Source: an uncultured Candidatus Actinomarina sp. (GTDB lineage: Bacteria > Actinomycetota > Acidimicrobiia > Actinomarinales > Actinomarinaceae). From it: DNA of 64,000 nucleotides. Shown piece after piece: positions 39,949 to 49,562 of the stretch (the stretch's first letter is position 1; the number at the start of each line of letters is the position of its first letter). The stretch is taken from contig CACHTH010000002.1 of assembly GCA_902582695.1 (NCBI GenBank), positions 26,483 through 90,482 on the forward strand, given 5' to 3'. Below the pieces are notes generated by a model. It was not told the DNA's origin. It worked only from the letters and a program-made list of their open reading frames with translations, and did no database searches. Both the position numbers and the translations under genes were made by a program.

Positions 39949-40584
39949 ATGAATGGTATTTATTGGGACTGTGATGGTACTTTAATGGATACCGAAACAT
40001 CATATGGTTTAGCGTGGAAAGAACATCTAAGTGAATTTGGACTTGAGATATCTGAAGAGGAAACTAGACAATGGGTGGGTATAGACGATAGATTAGTTCA
40101 CAGCTTTTATGCAAAAAATGTTGATCTAGAAAATTTTGAGAAAACTATGGCATCTCTTGGAAAAATTATAGAAGGGACATTGAACGAAAAACTACTTTTT
40201 CAAGATGCAAAAATATTACTCGAGGAGACAAACAGCAGGGGATGGACGTCAGCATGTGTCTCAGCAAGCCCTTATGAGTTATTAAAAAATAAATTAATAA
40301 AAGCAAATATTTTTGATTATTTCTCATATGTTATTGGTGGTGATCAAGTTGAAAGAAATAAACCATATCCAGATATTTACAATAAAGCGATCAGCGAACT
40401 TCAAACTACTAAGAATATAATTATTGAAGACAGTCCTCCTGGCATTTCATCTGGAAAGGCATCGGGTTCTTTTGTAGTTGCAATTGATAGAGGTATATTT
40501 TCAAAAGATGAATTAAATAAAGCGGACTTAATCGTTGATAATTTATCTATAGATATCATAGAAACAGTTTTTAATAGCCTTTAA
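39949..40584 (+). CDS. HAD-family phosphatase
   Basis: WDCDGTLMD, KPYPDIY, IEDSPPG. Confidence 0.9.
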   Translation: MNGIYWDCDGTLMDTETSYGLAWKEHLSEFGLEISEEETRQWVGIDDRLVHSFYAKNVDLENFEKTMASLGKIIEGTLNEKLLFQDAKILLEETNSRGWTSACVSASPYELLKNKLIKANIFDYFSYVIGGDQVERNKPYPDIYNKAISELQTTKNIIIEDSPPGISSGKASGSFVVAIDRGIFSKDELNKADLIVDNLSIDIIETVFNSL

Positions 40585-40637
40585 ACATTGATGAAATTCA
40601 AAATAAATTACAAAACTGACTTAGGCGCAAAAATAGA

Positions 40638-41060
40638 CTAAGACAAATTTAAAATTAATACAGGTATTTTACGTTTTGTTCTCTGTTGGTAATTGGAATA
40701 TCCACCTTTATTCATGTAATCCATTTTTAACCACCAGTCTTCACGCTCTTCATCAGATACTTCTTTTGCGACTGCAGTGTATTTCTTTCTTCCAATTTGA
40801 ATTTCACATTTAGGGTTAGCTTTTAAATTATGATACCAGCCTGGATTAGTTGGACTTCCACCTTTAGATGCTACTAGACAAATCTCATTACCTTCTTTCA
40901 TGAACACAAGAACATTTTTTCTTAACAAATTAGTCTTGGCACCAGTTGAGAAAAGAATTAAACACGGCCTTCCTTGTAGAAATTTTCCTATTCTGCCATT
41001 TGAATAGATATAAATATAATTGTGAAAAAATAAGAATATAAAAATTAAATATCTTCTCAT
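40638..41060 (-). CDS. Ddn-type deazaflavin (F420)-dependent nitroreductase family protein
   Basis: TGAKT, VASKGGSPTNPGWYHNLKANP, YQQRTKRKIPV. Start set at ATG 41060 (ATGA overlap). Confidence 0.88.
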   Translation of the reverse strand: MRRYLIFIFLFFHNYIYIYSNGRIGKFLQGRPCLILFSTGAKTNLLRKNVLVFMKEGNEICLVASKGGSPTNPGWYHNLKANPKCEIQIGRKKYTAVAKEVSDEEREDWWLKMDYMNKGGYSNYQQRTKRKIPVLILNLS

Positions 41061-42265
41061 ATATTTAACTTTATCTTTTTTCTCCATGAACTGAAACTTG
41101 TGGGGTAAAAATTAATGGGATTTGCAAGTCGAAATGCTGGGAATTCTATAGATGGAATATTTCTTTCTGTAATTTTTTTGTATTTTGGTACTGGTGCAAA
41201 TGTTGATGCAAAATTTTTATTTCGTAAATAATCATCTGGATTGGTTAAATGTACTTGCAGCTCTCTTTTGCTATTTATTTCTTTAAGGCAATCAAGTAAA
41301 AAATTAATTCTCTTTGTTGATAATTGCAATTTACTTAACAGATTTATATCAAATATAAAAATTACTGGTAGTTCTTGATAATGACTCATTGCTGGATCAT
41401 TGTCTCCAATAGATTCACCGGTAATCCATACAAAGGATGGTTTAGTACTGTTATTTTCTCTTATGTTTTTTGGACCAAAAACCTTTTCTTCATCTACTTT
41501 AAAATTATTATTTAATTTTTCAGAAATATTTGTTTGTGGCCATTCTTGAATAGGGCAGTCATATTTTAATTCACAATTATTACATAACTGTGGTGCCCTT
41601 TTTTCAACTTGGAATTTGGAAAATCCATATGGCTTTCCTGTTTGAGACCCCATGACCCAATGCCATCCCAATCTGTTTGCAAAACGAGACCCATCTAATA
41701 AATGTTGAAACATATAGTCTTCATATTGATTCCAGTCGCTCCCCACCCTTAAAGAATTATGAGATGCATACCACATTCTTGTTTGGTTAACCATATAACC
41801 TGTTTTTTCCAGTTCTTCTTCGATAGTAGATACACAATTCATATTTTTATAAACATCTGCATTCGAATCAGGTTTTTCTATTTTGTAATTTAGATATTTT
41901 CTTGATTTTTTACCAACTATTGCATATAAATGTCTTGAAAACTCTTGCCAAAGCAACTCATCTTGGAATTTAGTTCTATCTTTGTATTCAAATTTTTCAA
42001 CTGCTTTCCATACATCAGAAAGACTAAGTAAACCATGACGTATATAGGGGGATAAATAAGACGAACCTCTTGAATCTTTTGGGTAAACATTGTTTCTTTT
42101 TGTAGCATATTTATCAATGTTTAATTGATTTAATGCATTATCTGCATTTGACTGCCCACCAGACAAAAATGGATAAGTGAAATCATCACAACAAAGGTCA
42201 CTAAAATGTTTTCGTATTATTTCTTTATTATCAAGTTGTAGATCTATTAAAGACATTAAATGCAA
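41057..42265 (-). CDS. DNA photolyase/cryptochrome-family protein with inverted domain order
   Basis: FAD-domain motifs come first (SYLSPYIRHG, ELLWQEF, TGYMVNQTRMW, LLDGSRFANRLGWHW); antenna-like motifs are C-terminal (VWITGESIGDNDPAM, PVIFIFD, KRINFLLDCL). Confidence 0.82.
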   Translation of the reverse strand: MHLMSLIDLQLDNKEIIRKHFSDLCCDDFTYPFLSGGQSNADNALNQLNIDKYATKRNNVYPKDSRGSSYLSPYIRHGLLSLSDVWKAVEKFEYKDRTKFQDELLWQEFSRHLYAIVGKKSRKYLNYKIEKPDSNADVYKNMNCVSTIEEELEKTGYMVNQTRMWYASHNSLRVGSDWNQYEDYMFQHLLDGSRFANRLGWHWVMGSQTGKPYGFSKFQVEKRAPQLCNNCELKYDCPIQEWPQTNISEKLNNNFKVDEEKVFGPKNIRENNSTKPSFVWITGESIGDNDPAMSHYQELPVIFIFDINLLSKLQLSTKRINFLLDCLKEINSKRELQVHLTNPDDYLRNKNFASTFAPVPKYKKITERNIPSIEFPAFRLANPINFYPTSFSSWRKKIKLNI

Positions 42266-42481
42266 TTAGTATTTATCTTGTCCGATTCGTATATTTACAA
42301 CAGTTAAAACTTCTTCTCTATTTTCTATATCGAAATTTACTCTTTGCCCCTGTCTTAGGGTTCTAAAAATAGATCCCTTTAAGGATCCGGGTGCAAGAAA
42401 GACTTCTGATTTGTCCGTGTCTAGTAAGATAATTCCATTACCTGTATTTGGGTCATAGGATTTTACAACACCCTGAGCCAT
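42266..42481 (-). CDS. Cold-shock (OB-fold) domain protein
   Basis: QGVVKSYD...G.GII, FRTLRQGQRVNFDI. Confidence 0.75.
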   Translation of the reverse strand: MAQGVVKSYDPNTGNGIILLDTDKSEVFLAPGSLKGSIFRTLRQGQRVNFDIENREEVLTVVNIRIGQDKY

Positions 42482-42717
42482 TAGACTTTTTCGCCTCTAC
42501 TTCTTATTTCTTTAACAACAGACTCAATTCCGCGCTTGTCTATTACTTTATTGCCTTTTGTACTAACTTTAAGCTTTACCCACCGGTTTTCACTTTCAAG
42601 CCAGTATTTTTTAGTTTGAATATTAGGTTTGAACCATCGATTGTTTCTTTTATGAGAAAAAGATACATGTTTACCTGATCTTGGCTCTTTTCCAGTTACT
42701 TGACATCTATTTGACAT
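42481..42717 (-). CDS. rpmB: 50S ribosomal protein L28
   Basis: [10 protein letters not shown]...VSFSHK...RWFKPNIQ...LKVSTKG. Confidence 0.96.
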   Translation of the reverse strand: MSNRCQVTGKEPRSGKHVSFSHKRNNRWFKPNIQTKKYWLESENRWVKLKVSTKGNKVIDKRGIESVVKEIRSRGEKV

Positions 42718-42802
42718 AATTATTTCCTCTAAATTACATTTATAACTATAACTAATTTATTAATTTGTAGGTACTTTCATTTTAAAACTTTTTAGGTAAT
42801 GT

Positions 42803-44929
42803 TTGATTGTGGTTGAAAGAAGTTTAAGTTACTTAGATAATATAAAGTTAGATTCTTTAAAAGGATTTGGTGAGAAAAGATATTCAAATCTTAAAAAGAG
42901 TAATTTATCATCCATTACAGATTTAATTAGATTTTATCCAAGAAAACACATTGATAGATCAAAAATAAAAACAATAAATCAAATTGATCAATCAGATATT
43001 GAAAAAGAAGTAACAATGATTGGTACGATCAGTAATGTTTCAGTCTTTACAACTAAATCAAGATTACGGATAACGACGCTTTCAATAAAAGACAGCACAG
43101 GCTTGGTAAAAGCAAAATGGTTTGGACCTCAATATATAGAATCCAGATTTAAAGAGGGTGAAGATGTGGCTCTTTCTGGAAAGCCTGAAATTAAAAAAAC
43201 TGGATCAATAGAATTTAAAAATCCCACAATAGAAAAATTTGCTGATATAGATGAACTGAGCGAGACGGGATCTTTAATTCCTATATATCCAAAAGTTGAT
43301 GGTGTATCTAGTGGTGTAATAAGAAAAGCAATAAAAGACGCATTGTCAATTATTGATACACCTAAAGAAGAGTTTGAACCTGGAATTGAAGACATGCTTA
43401 CTAGTGAGGTTGTAGATAAAAATTCAATTTTCTCTAGAACTGAAAGTTTTAAATCAATCCATTTCCCTAAAACCATTGAAGAATTCCAAAAAGCAAGAGA
43501 AAGGCTTGCTCTTGATGAATTTATTTATTTACGCTCTATATTTGAAAATTTAAAATCTGAATTTAAAAATAAAAACAAAGGGCCAAAATATATTTTTGAA
43601 AATTCATTAATAGACACTTTTGTTGCAGACTTACCATTTCAACTCACAGAATCTCAAACAAAAGCCTATAAAGAGATTCTAGAAGATTTAAAAAATGATT
43701 ATCCCATGAAAAGACTTCTTCAAGGCGATGTTGGCTCAGGAAAGACAGTTGTGGCTGCAATTTCTATATATGCTGTAATAAATTCAGGTTACCAAGTGGC
43801 ACTAATGGCTCCAACGGAAGTATTGGCTGAACAACATTTAAATTCATTAAATGCATTTTTAAAAAATTCAGATGTAGAGATTAATTTTCTTACTTCCTCT
43901 GTCAAAGATAGAATCGAAGTAATGAATAATATATCTGATGGTAAGCCTGGCTTATATATAGGTACTCATGCCTTAATTCAAGACAAAGTATTTTTTAGTA
44001 ATTTAGGACTCGTAATTATTGACGAGCAACAGAGATTTGGTGTTGACCAAAGAAAAAAATTAATTTCAGATTCAGAAATAACTCCCGACCAACTTGTTAT
44101 GACTGCAACTCCAATACCAAGAACCACTGCTCTATCTATATATGGTGACTTAGAGATATCCTCAATTAATGAATTACCTCCAGGCAGAAAGCCAATTATT
44201 TCACATTTATATAGTGGTTTAAAAAAAGACAATGAGAAAGTTTTTGAAAAGTGTTACAAACATTTAGATGATGATTCGCAAATATTTGTAGTTTGTCCCT
44301 ATATAGAAGAGAGTGAGTCTTCTGATATACAGGCAGCAGAAAAAGTTTTTTTGGAATATTCTAAAAAATTCTCGGATTATAAGGTTGTTCTTTTACATGG
44401 AAAGATGTCTTATGAGGAAAAAGAAAATATAATGCGATCAATGCAGGATGGCTCTATAGACATACTTGTCTCTACTGTAGTTATAGAGGTCGGTATAGAC
44501 ATTCCAAATGCCTCTCTTATGATTATTGAAAGCGCAGAAAGATTTGGTCTTAATCAACTGCACCAGCTCAGAGGAAGAGTAGGTAGAGGAGAAAAACAAT
44601 CAGAGTGTATTTTTCACATTACGAATAAAAAATCTCTCAGCACTATCAGTGAAGAAGGTGTGAAAAGATTAGAGGCTATATCAACAATGAGTGATGGATT
44701 TAAATTATCAGAGATAGATTTAGAAATTCGCGGTGAAGGAAAGGTAACTGGTAAAAACCAATCAGGTAGGTCTGATTTAAAAATTGCTGATTTACGTTTT
44801 GATTATGGTCTACTTATTCAATCCAAAGAAATTTATGATGATATCAATAGTTTAAATTCTTCGAATAAAGTATTTGAAGAAGCAAAATTATTATTTCCGA
44901 ATTATTTTCAAGCAGATGGTACTACATGA
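42803..44929 (+). CDS. recG: ATP-dependent DNA helicase RecG
   Basis: LLQGDVGSGKT, MAPTEVLAEQH, DEQQRFG, MTATPIPRT, QLHQLRGRVGRG. Confidence 0.96.
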   Translation: MIVVERSLSYLDNIKLDSLKGFGEKRYSNLKKSNLSSITDLIRFYPRKHIDRSKIKTINQIDQSDIEKEVTMIGTISNVSVFTTKSRLRITTLSIKDSTGLVKAKWFGPQYIESRFKEGEDVALSGKPEIKKTGSIEFKNPTIEKFADIDELSETGSLIPIYPKVDGVSSGVIRKAIKDALSIIDTPKEEFEPGIEDMLTSEVVDKNSIFSRTESFKSIHFPKTIEEFQKARERLALDEFIYLRSIFENLKSEFKNKNKGPKYIFENSLIDTFVADLPFQLTESQTKAYKEILEDLKNDYPMKRLLQGDVGSGKTVVAAISIYAVINSGYQVALMAPTEVLAEQHLNSLNAFLKNSDVEINFLTSSVKDRIEVMNNISDGKPGLYIGTHALIQDKVFFSNLGLVIIDEQQRFGVDQRKKLISDSEITPDQLVMTATPIPRTTALSIYGDLEISSINELPPGRKPIISHLYSGLKKDNEKVFEKCYKHLDDDSQIFVVCPYIEESESSDIQAAEKVFLEYSKKFSDYKVVLLHGKMSYEEKENIMRSMQDGSIDILVSTVVIEVGIDIPNASLMIIESAERFGLNQLHQLRGRVGRGEKQSECIFHITNKKSLSTISEEGVKRLEAISTMSDGFKLSEIDLEIRGEGKVTGKNQSGRSDLKIADLRFDYGLLIQSKEIYDDINSLNSSNKVFEEAKLLFPNYFQADGTT

Positions 44930-45462
44930 GAGTTTTGGCAGGTATTTACAAGTCTAAAAAGATTGAAACAATTAATAACGCTGATACAAGACCAATGATG
45001 AGTAAAGTTAGGGAAGCAATTTTTAACTCAATTCAGTTCATGGTTGAAGACAAAGATGTTCTTGATTTATATTCTGGTTCTGGAAGTTTAGGTATTGAAG
45101 CATTAAGTAGGGGAGCAAATTATGTTACCTTTGTTGAGATCTCTAAAGAATGCATTTTAATACTTAAGAAAAACGTAGAAAAAATGTCAAGTAACCTAAG
45201 TATCGTAAATTCGCCAGTTAATTCTTTTATTCAAAATTCTATTAATAAATATGATCTAATTTTTTATGATCCTCCTTTTGAACTTGATGCAAATCAAGTA
45301 GATGAAGAAGTTTTAATCATAGAGAATATTTTAAATGATAGTGGGCTTTTAATTATTCATAGACACAAAGCTTCTGAGGATGTAAAGTTTTCAAAAAATT
45401 ATGAATTACACAGGGAAAAAAACTATGGGCAAAGTAAAATTCTTATATTGAGGAGAATATGA
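44926..45462 (+). CDS. rsmD: 16S rRNA m2G966 methyltransferase
   Basis: TRP..KVREAIFN, LDLYSGSGSLGIEALSRG, DPPF. Confidence 0.93.
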   Translation: MRVLAGIYKSKKIETINNADTRPMMSKVREAIFNSIQFMVEDKDVLDLYSGSGSLGIEALSRGANYVTFVEISKECILILKKNVEKMSSNLSIVNSPVNSFIQNSINKYDLIFYDPPFELDANQVDEEVLIIENILNDSGLLIIHRHKASEDVKFSKNYELHREKNYGQSKILILRRI

Positions 45463-45923
45463 AAATTTTAATTCCTGGTTCATTTGACCCACCTACTAAT
45501 GGACATATTGATGTTATAAATAGATGTTCTGAAATATTTAGTGAGATTATTGTTGGAGTTGTTGTTAATCCCTCAAAGGAATCTTTATTTACACCAGAGG
45601 AAAGATCAGAAATGCTTGAAAAAATTTGTAATGAAAAAACGAATGTCAAAGTAAAAAGTTTTGAGGGTTTATTAGTTGATTTTGCCACATCAGAGTCGGT
45701 TGATGCTATTGTCAAAGGATTAAGAGCTATGACAGATTTTGACTATGAATTTCAAATGGCACAAGCTAACTCGACTTTAAAAGGATTTGAAACAATATTC
45801 ATACCTTCTTCTCCTGAATATGGATACCTATCAAGTTCCATGGTGAAAGAAATTCATTCATACGGTGGAGACATTAAATCTTTGGTTCCAGATTATGTTT
45901 TAGAGAGAATGAACAATGCCTGA
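45459..45923 (+). CDS. coaD: Phosphopantetheine adenylyltransferase
   Basis: PGSFDPPTNGH, KGLRAMTDFDYE, SSSMVKE. Confidence 0.96.
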   Translation: MKILIPGSFDPPTNGHIDVINRCSEIFSEIIVGVVVNPSKESLFTPEERSEMLEKICNEKTNVKVKSFEGLLVDFATSESVDAIVKGLRAMTDFDYEFQMAQANSTLKGFETIFIPSSPEYGYLSSSMVKEIHSYGGDIKSLVPDYVLERMNNA

Positions 45924-46413
45924 AGCAGAAATTAATTTTGAAGATATTGCAAAAGGAAATGTCAGAATTGACATAGTTGATAAATTAGAAAACCTAAGGG
46001 CAAGTCTCGAATCGAATTCCCTTACCGTAAGAGTCAATAAAAAGGAAATTATAAACAATATAGATGAAATAATTGACACAATTCCTGTAGAACTTCGAAC
46101 TGCAAGATGGATTGTAAGAGAACAGGAATCGTTTATTACCAAGGCTAAAGATGATTCAAAAGAGATTGTTGAAGAAGCTAGGCGTGAATCTGAAAAACTT
46201 ATTCAAGAATCATATGTTTTGCAAGAAGCAGTTATTGAAGCCAATGCAATAATCAAGCAAACTGAACTTGAAGCTCAATCTTATAGAGCAAATATTGAAG
46301 ATTCAGTAGATCGTAAAATGGAAGAAATTCAAAGCAAAATTAATCAGTTAAAAGATTTTTTAGATCAAGAGAGAACGAAACTTAGACAACCGCGCGATAT
46401 AGAAAAACCATAA
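45916..46413 (+). CDS. Coiled-coil protein (DivIVA-like, SepIVA/Rv2927c-type)
   Basis: IPVELRTARWIV..E followed by coiled coil; conserved position between coaD and DUF177. Confidence 0.65.
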   Translation: MPEAEINFEDIAKGNVRIDIVDKLENLRASLESNSLTVRVNKKEIINNIDEIIDTIPVELRTARWIVREQESFITKAKDDSKEIVEEARRESEKLIQESYVLQEAVIEANAIIKQTELEAQSYRANIEDSVDRKMEEIQSKINQLKDFLDQERTKLRQPRDIEKP

Positions 46414-46414
46414 A

Positions 46415-46912
46415 ATGATATTAAATACCAAGATTAAGTCAATTGACCTAATCTCTTCAAAAGATAAAATACAATTCGACAATGAAGGCACATTTCCAAT
46501 AAACTTTGGTAATAATTTTATTGATGAAAATGAACAAATTAAATTCCAATCAGAAATTGAATTAATTGAAGATAGGCTTTCTTTTTCAATTGATGTTAAT
46601 TTCAGATATCAAAGCAATTGCGGGAGATGTTTAACGGCTTCAAATAATGAAGATAGAAGTTCCTTTTCAACAACTTTGAATATAAAAGAAGATAACGACT
46701 ATGAAATAAATTATGATGATGAATACTTTGACTTATCACCTTTTATTTCAGAAATAATTATCGAAAAAATGGACATAAATTTTGTATGTTCACAAAAATG
46801 TAAGGGGCTTTGCTCATTTTGTGGTATAAACAAAAATAATTTAAGCTGTAATCACAATGAAAAAAATTCAAAAGAAAGTCCATTTTCTTCTCTAAGTCAG
46901 CTAGATTTGTAG
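46415..46912 (+). CDS. yceD: DUF177/YceD family protein
   Basis: CGRCL and CSQKCKGLCSFCG; directly upstream of rpmF. Confidence 0.85.
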   Translation: MILNTKIKSIDLISSKDKIQFDNEGTFPINFGNNFIDENEQIKFQSEIELIEDRLSFSIDVNFRYQSNCGRCLTASNNEDRSSFSTTLNIKEDNDYEINYDDEYFDLSPFISEIIIEKMDINFVCSQKCKGLCSFCGINKNNLSCNHNEKNSKESPFSSLSQLDL

Positions 46913-46930
46913 TTTGAAAGGAATATAACC

Positions 46931-47113
46931 ATGGCAGTGCCAAAGAAAAAAATGTCTAAATCTAGAACTAGACGTAGAAAAGCTACTCATAAAGTTTCAA
47001 AACCGCATTTTGTAGTTGACCCAGAGACTGGTGTTGCAAAACAGTCACATAGGGTTAATCCTACAGATGGAACTTATAACGGTCGACAAGTCAAAGAACC
47101 TGAAGTAAGCTAA
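46931..47113 (+). CDS. rpmF: 50S ribosomal protein L32
   Basis: MAVPKKKMSKSRTRRR...HRV...G.YNGRQV. Confidence 0.95.
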   Translation: MAVPKKKMSKSRTRRRKATHKVSKPHFVVDPETGVAKQSHRVNPTDGTYNGRQVKEPEVS

Positions 47114-47120
47114 AAAAATT

Positions 47121-48092
47121 ATGAATACTATTGCCGTAGATGCAATGGGTGGTGATTCAGCACCTGTAGAAATTGTTAAAGGTGCGATTAAAGCAAAGGA
47201 AAATGGCGTCAATGTCGTACTGTGTGGTGACGAAAATTTAATCAAACCTTATCTAGGATCAACAGAAATACCTGTCTACCATTTTCCTCAGGTAATTTCA
47301 ATGGACGAGGATCCACTTAAAGCTGTACGGTCAAAAAAAGAAGCATCTATAAATGGATGTATGCAATTATTAAAAGAAAAAAAGGTTGAGGCAGTATTTT
47401 CTGCAGGATCTACCGGTGCAACCCTAATAAGTGCAATTACAATTTTGGGAAAGCAAAGAGGTGTAATTAGACCTGCAATTGCTTCAGTCTTGCCAACTAT
47501 TGATAGAAGCGTGATATTACTTGACTCAGGTGCAAGTTTAGATGTTAAACCTAAAGTCCTTTATCAATTTGCCGTCATGGGATCAAAGCTTGCTGAAGCT
47601 CTTTTTGACATTGATTCACCGAAAATAGGACTTTTAAATAACGGCGAAGAAGAGTCAAAGGGTAGAGAACTTGAAAAATCTGCCTTTAAACTTTTAAATT
47701 CAAGTTCTTTAAATTTCGTTGGAAATGTAGAAGGTAGAGATTTTGCAACTAATAAGGTTGATGTTTTTGTTACTGATGGATTTACAGGTAATGTTGTATT
47801 AAAAACTTTAGAAGGAACTGCAAAACTTCAGCAAAGCCTAATATCTACCTCTCTAAAACAAAATCTATTTAAACCTTTTTTACCATCAGTCAAGAAAGCT
47901 TTAAAACCTGTAAAGGATCAATTAAACCCTGATAAAACAAATGCTTCTTACTTATTAGGCATCGATGGTTTAGTAACAATTGGCCATGGTTCATCTAAGC
48001 AGGAAGCAATTATGAATGGTATTCAATATACAAATGAATCCATCAACAAAGATTTTATTGGTAAGTTTTCTGATGCCATCAAAGAGTTATGA
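47121..48092 (+). CDS. plsX: Phosphate acyltransferase PlsX
   Basis: IAVDAMGGDSAP, SAGSTGA, GEEESKG, DGFTGNVVLK. Confidence 0.95.
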   Translation: MNTIAVDAMGGDSAPVEIVKGAIKAKENGVNVVLCGDENLIKPYLGSTEIPVYHFPQVISMDEDPLKAVRSKKEASINGCMQLLKEKKVEAVFSAGSTGATLISAITILGKQRGVIRPAIASVLPTIDRSVILLDSGASLDVKPKVLYQFAVMGSKLAEALFDIDSPKIGLLNNGEEESKGRELEKSAFKLLNSSSLNFVGNVEGRDFATNKVDVFVTDGFTGNVVLKTLEGTAKLQQSLISTSLKQNLFKPFLPSVKKALKPVKDQLNPDKTNASYLLGIDGLVTIGHGSSKQEAIMNGIQYTNESINKDFIGKFSDAIKEL

Positions 48093-48766
48093 GTAATTTA
48101 AAAGATTTAGAAAAGAATATTGGATACAAATTTAAAAATATAACTTTTTTAAAGATTGCTTTAACCCATAAATCATATTTAGATGAGTATCCGGAATTAC
48201 AATCAAATCAAAGGTATGAATTTTTTGGTGATGCAATACTAGATTTTGATCTAACTGAATATTTATTTGAAAATTATCCAGAATTGGACGAAGGAAGTCT
48301 TACCAAAATTAGATCGAGCGCTGTTAATCAGTTTTATCTTGTTGAACTTGGAAAAAAAATAAACATAGGTAAGTATCTTTATTTAGGCTCAGCAGAAGAT
48401 TCAACTGGAGGAAGACATAAAGATTCAATTATTGAAGATGCTCTGGAAGCTTTAATTGCTGCTTTATATTTTGATGGTGGTCTAAAAGCTGTAAATGATT
48501 TTGTTTCAAAATTTATTTATCCAAGCATAAAGGGTCTATCTCAAAATCCTGGACAAAAAGATTACAAAACAAGATTACAAGAATACTTTGCTAAAAAGGG
48601 GTTAAAAGTAATCTATCAAGATAGTTCACATGGTCCTGACCATAATAAAAATTTTTCATCTGAAGTTTTATTAAATGATAAGGTAATTGGTGCTGGAGAT
48701 GGAAAATCTAAAAAAAGTGCTCAACAATCTGCTGCAAAAGATGCTTTAGCAAAGTTAGATGCCTGA
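48089..48766 (+). CDS. rnc: Ribonuclease III
   Basis: ALTHKS, NQRYEFFGDAIL, DALEALIAA, dsRBD DYKTRLQE...SKKSAQQSAA. Confidence 0.95.
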   Translation: MSNLKDLEKNIGYKFKNITFLKIALTHKSYLDEYPELQSNQRYEFFGDAILDFDLTEYLFENYPELDEGSLTKIRSSAVNQFYLVELGKKINIGKYLYLGSAEDSTGGRHKDSIIEDALEALIAALYFDGGLKAVNDFVSKFIYPSIKGLSQNPGQKDYKTRLQEYFAKKGLKVIYQDSSHGPDHNKNFSSEVLLNDKVIGAGDGKSKKSAQQSAAKDALAKLDA

Positions 48767-49562
48767 ATTACCAGAAGTTGAATCTATACGAAGGGTTTTA
48801 AAAAATTCTTTAATAAATCAGAAATTACAAAAATATAAAATATTTGATCAACGAATAAATAGATTTAACACTGTCAATCCTAGAAACTTAGGAGTTTTGC
48901 TTGAGATATATAGAAAAGGAAAGATTTTACAATTTAACTTTAAAAACAATTCTATTTTTTTTCATTTAGGAATGAGTGGAAGATTAGATCTAAATGGTTT
49001 AAAAAATAAACATACACACGGTATATTTTTTTTTGATGAAGACGTTTTGCTTTATGATGATATTCGAAAGTTTGGATATATAAAGATTCTTAAAAATGAT
49101 CTAGCAAATAAACAATTTTCCATTCTAGGTCCAGACGCACTTTCATTGTCAAAACTAGATAAAATCTTTGTAATGAATAAAGCAAAAAAAAGTTCGACGA
49201 GTATTAAAAAATTCTTACTAAATCAAAAAAATATAAGCGGACTTGGAAATATTTATGTCAATGAAATTTTATTTCTTGCTGGCATTCATCCACATTCATT
49301 ATCTTTTAAATTACAAGACACAAATTGGAACGATATATTTTCATATACAAAGAAAGTTTTAAAAAAGGCTATTAAAAATAATGGAACAACCTTAAGTGAT
49401 ATGACTTATGTTTTGCCACAAGGTGTATATGGTAACAACCAAAATAATTTGTATATTTATGCAAAAGATAAGTGTTTTTCATGTTCAAATAAAATTGATA
49501 AGATATTTATAGATTCTAGAGCTACTTATGTGTGTAAAAAATGTCAGAAGATAATAAATTAA
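48759..49562 (+). CDS. mutM: Formamidopyrimidine-DNA glycosylase
   Basis: MPELPEVE, HLGMSG, GLGNIYVNE, C-terminal C4 zinc finger. Confidence 0.94.
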   Translation: MPELPEVESIRRVLKNSLINQKLQKYKIFDQRINRFNTVNPRNLGVLLEIYRKGKILQFNFKNNSIFFHLGMSGRLDLNGLKNKHTHGIFFFDEDVLLYDDIRKFGYIKILKNDLANKQFSILGPDALSLSKLDKIFVMNKAKKSSTSIKKFLLNQKNISGLGNIYVNEILFLAGIHPHSLSFKLQDTNWNDIFSYTKKVLKKAIKNNGTTLSDMTYVLPQGVYGNNQNNLYIYAKDKCFSCSNKIDKIFIDSRATYVCKKCQKIIN

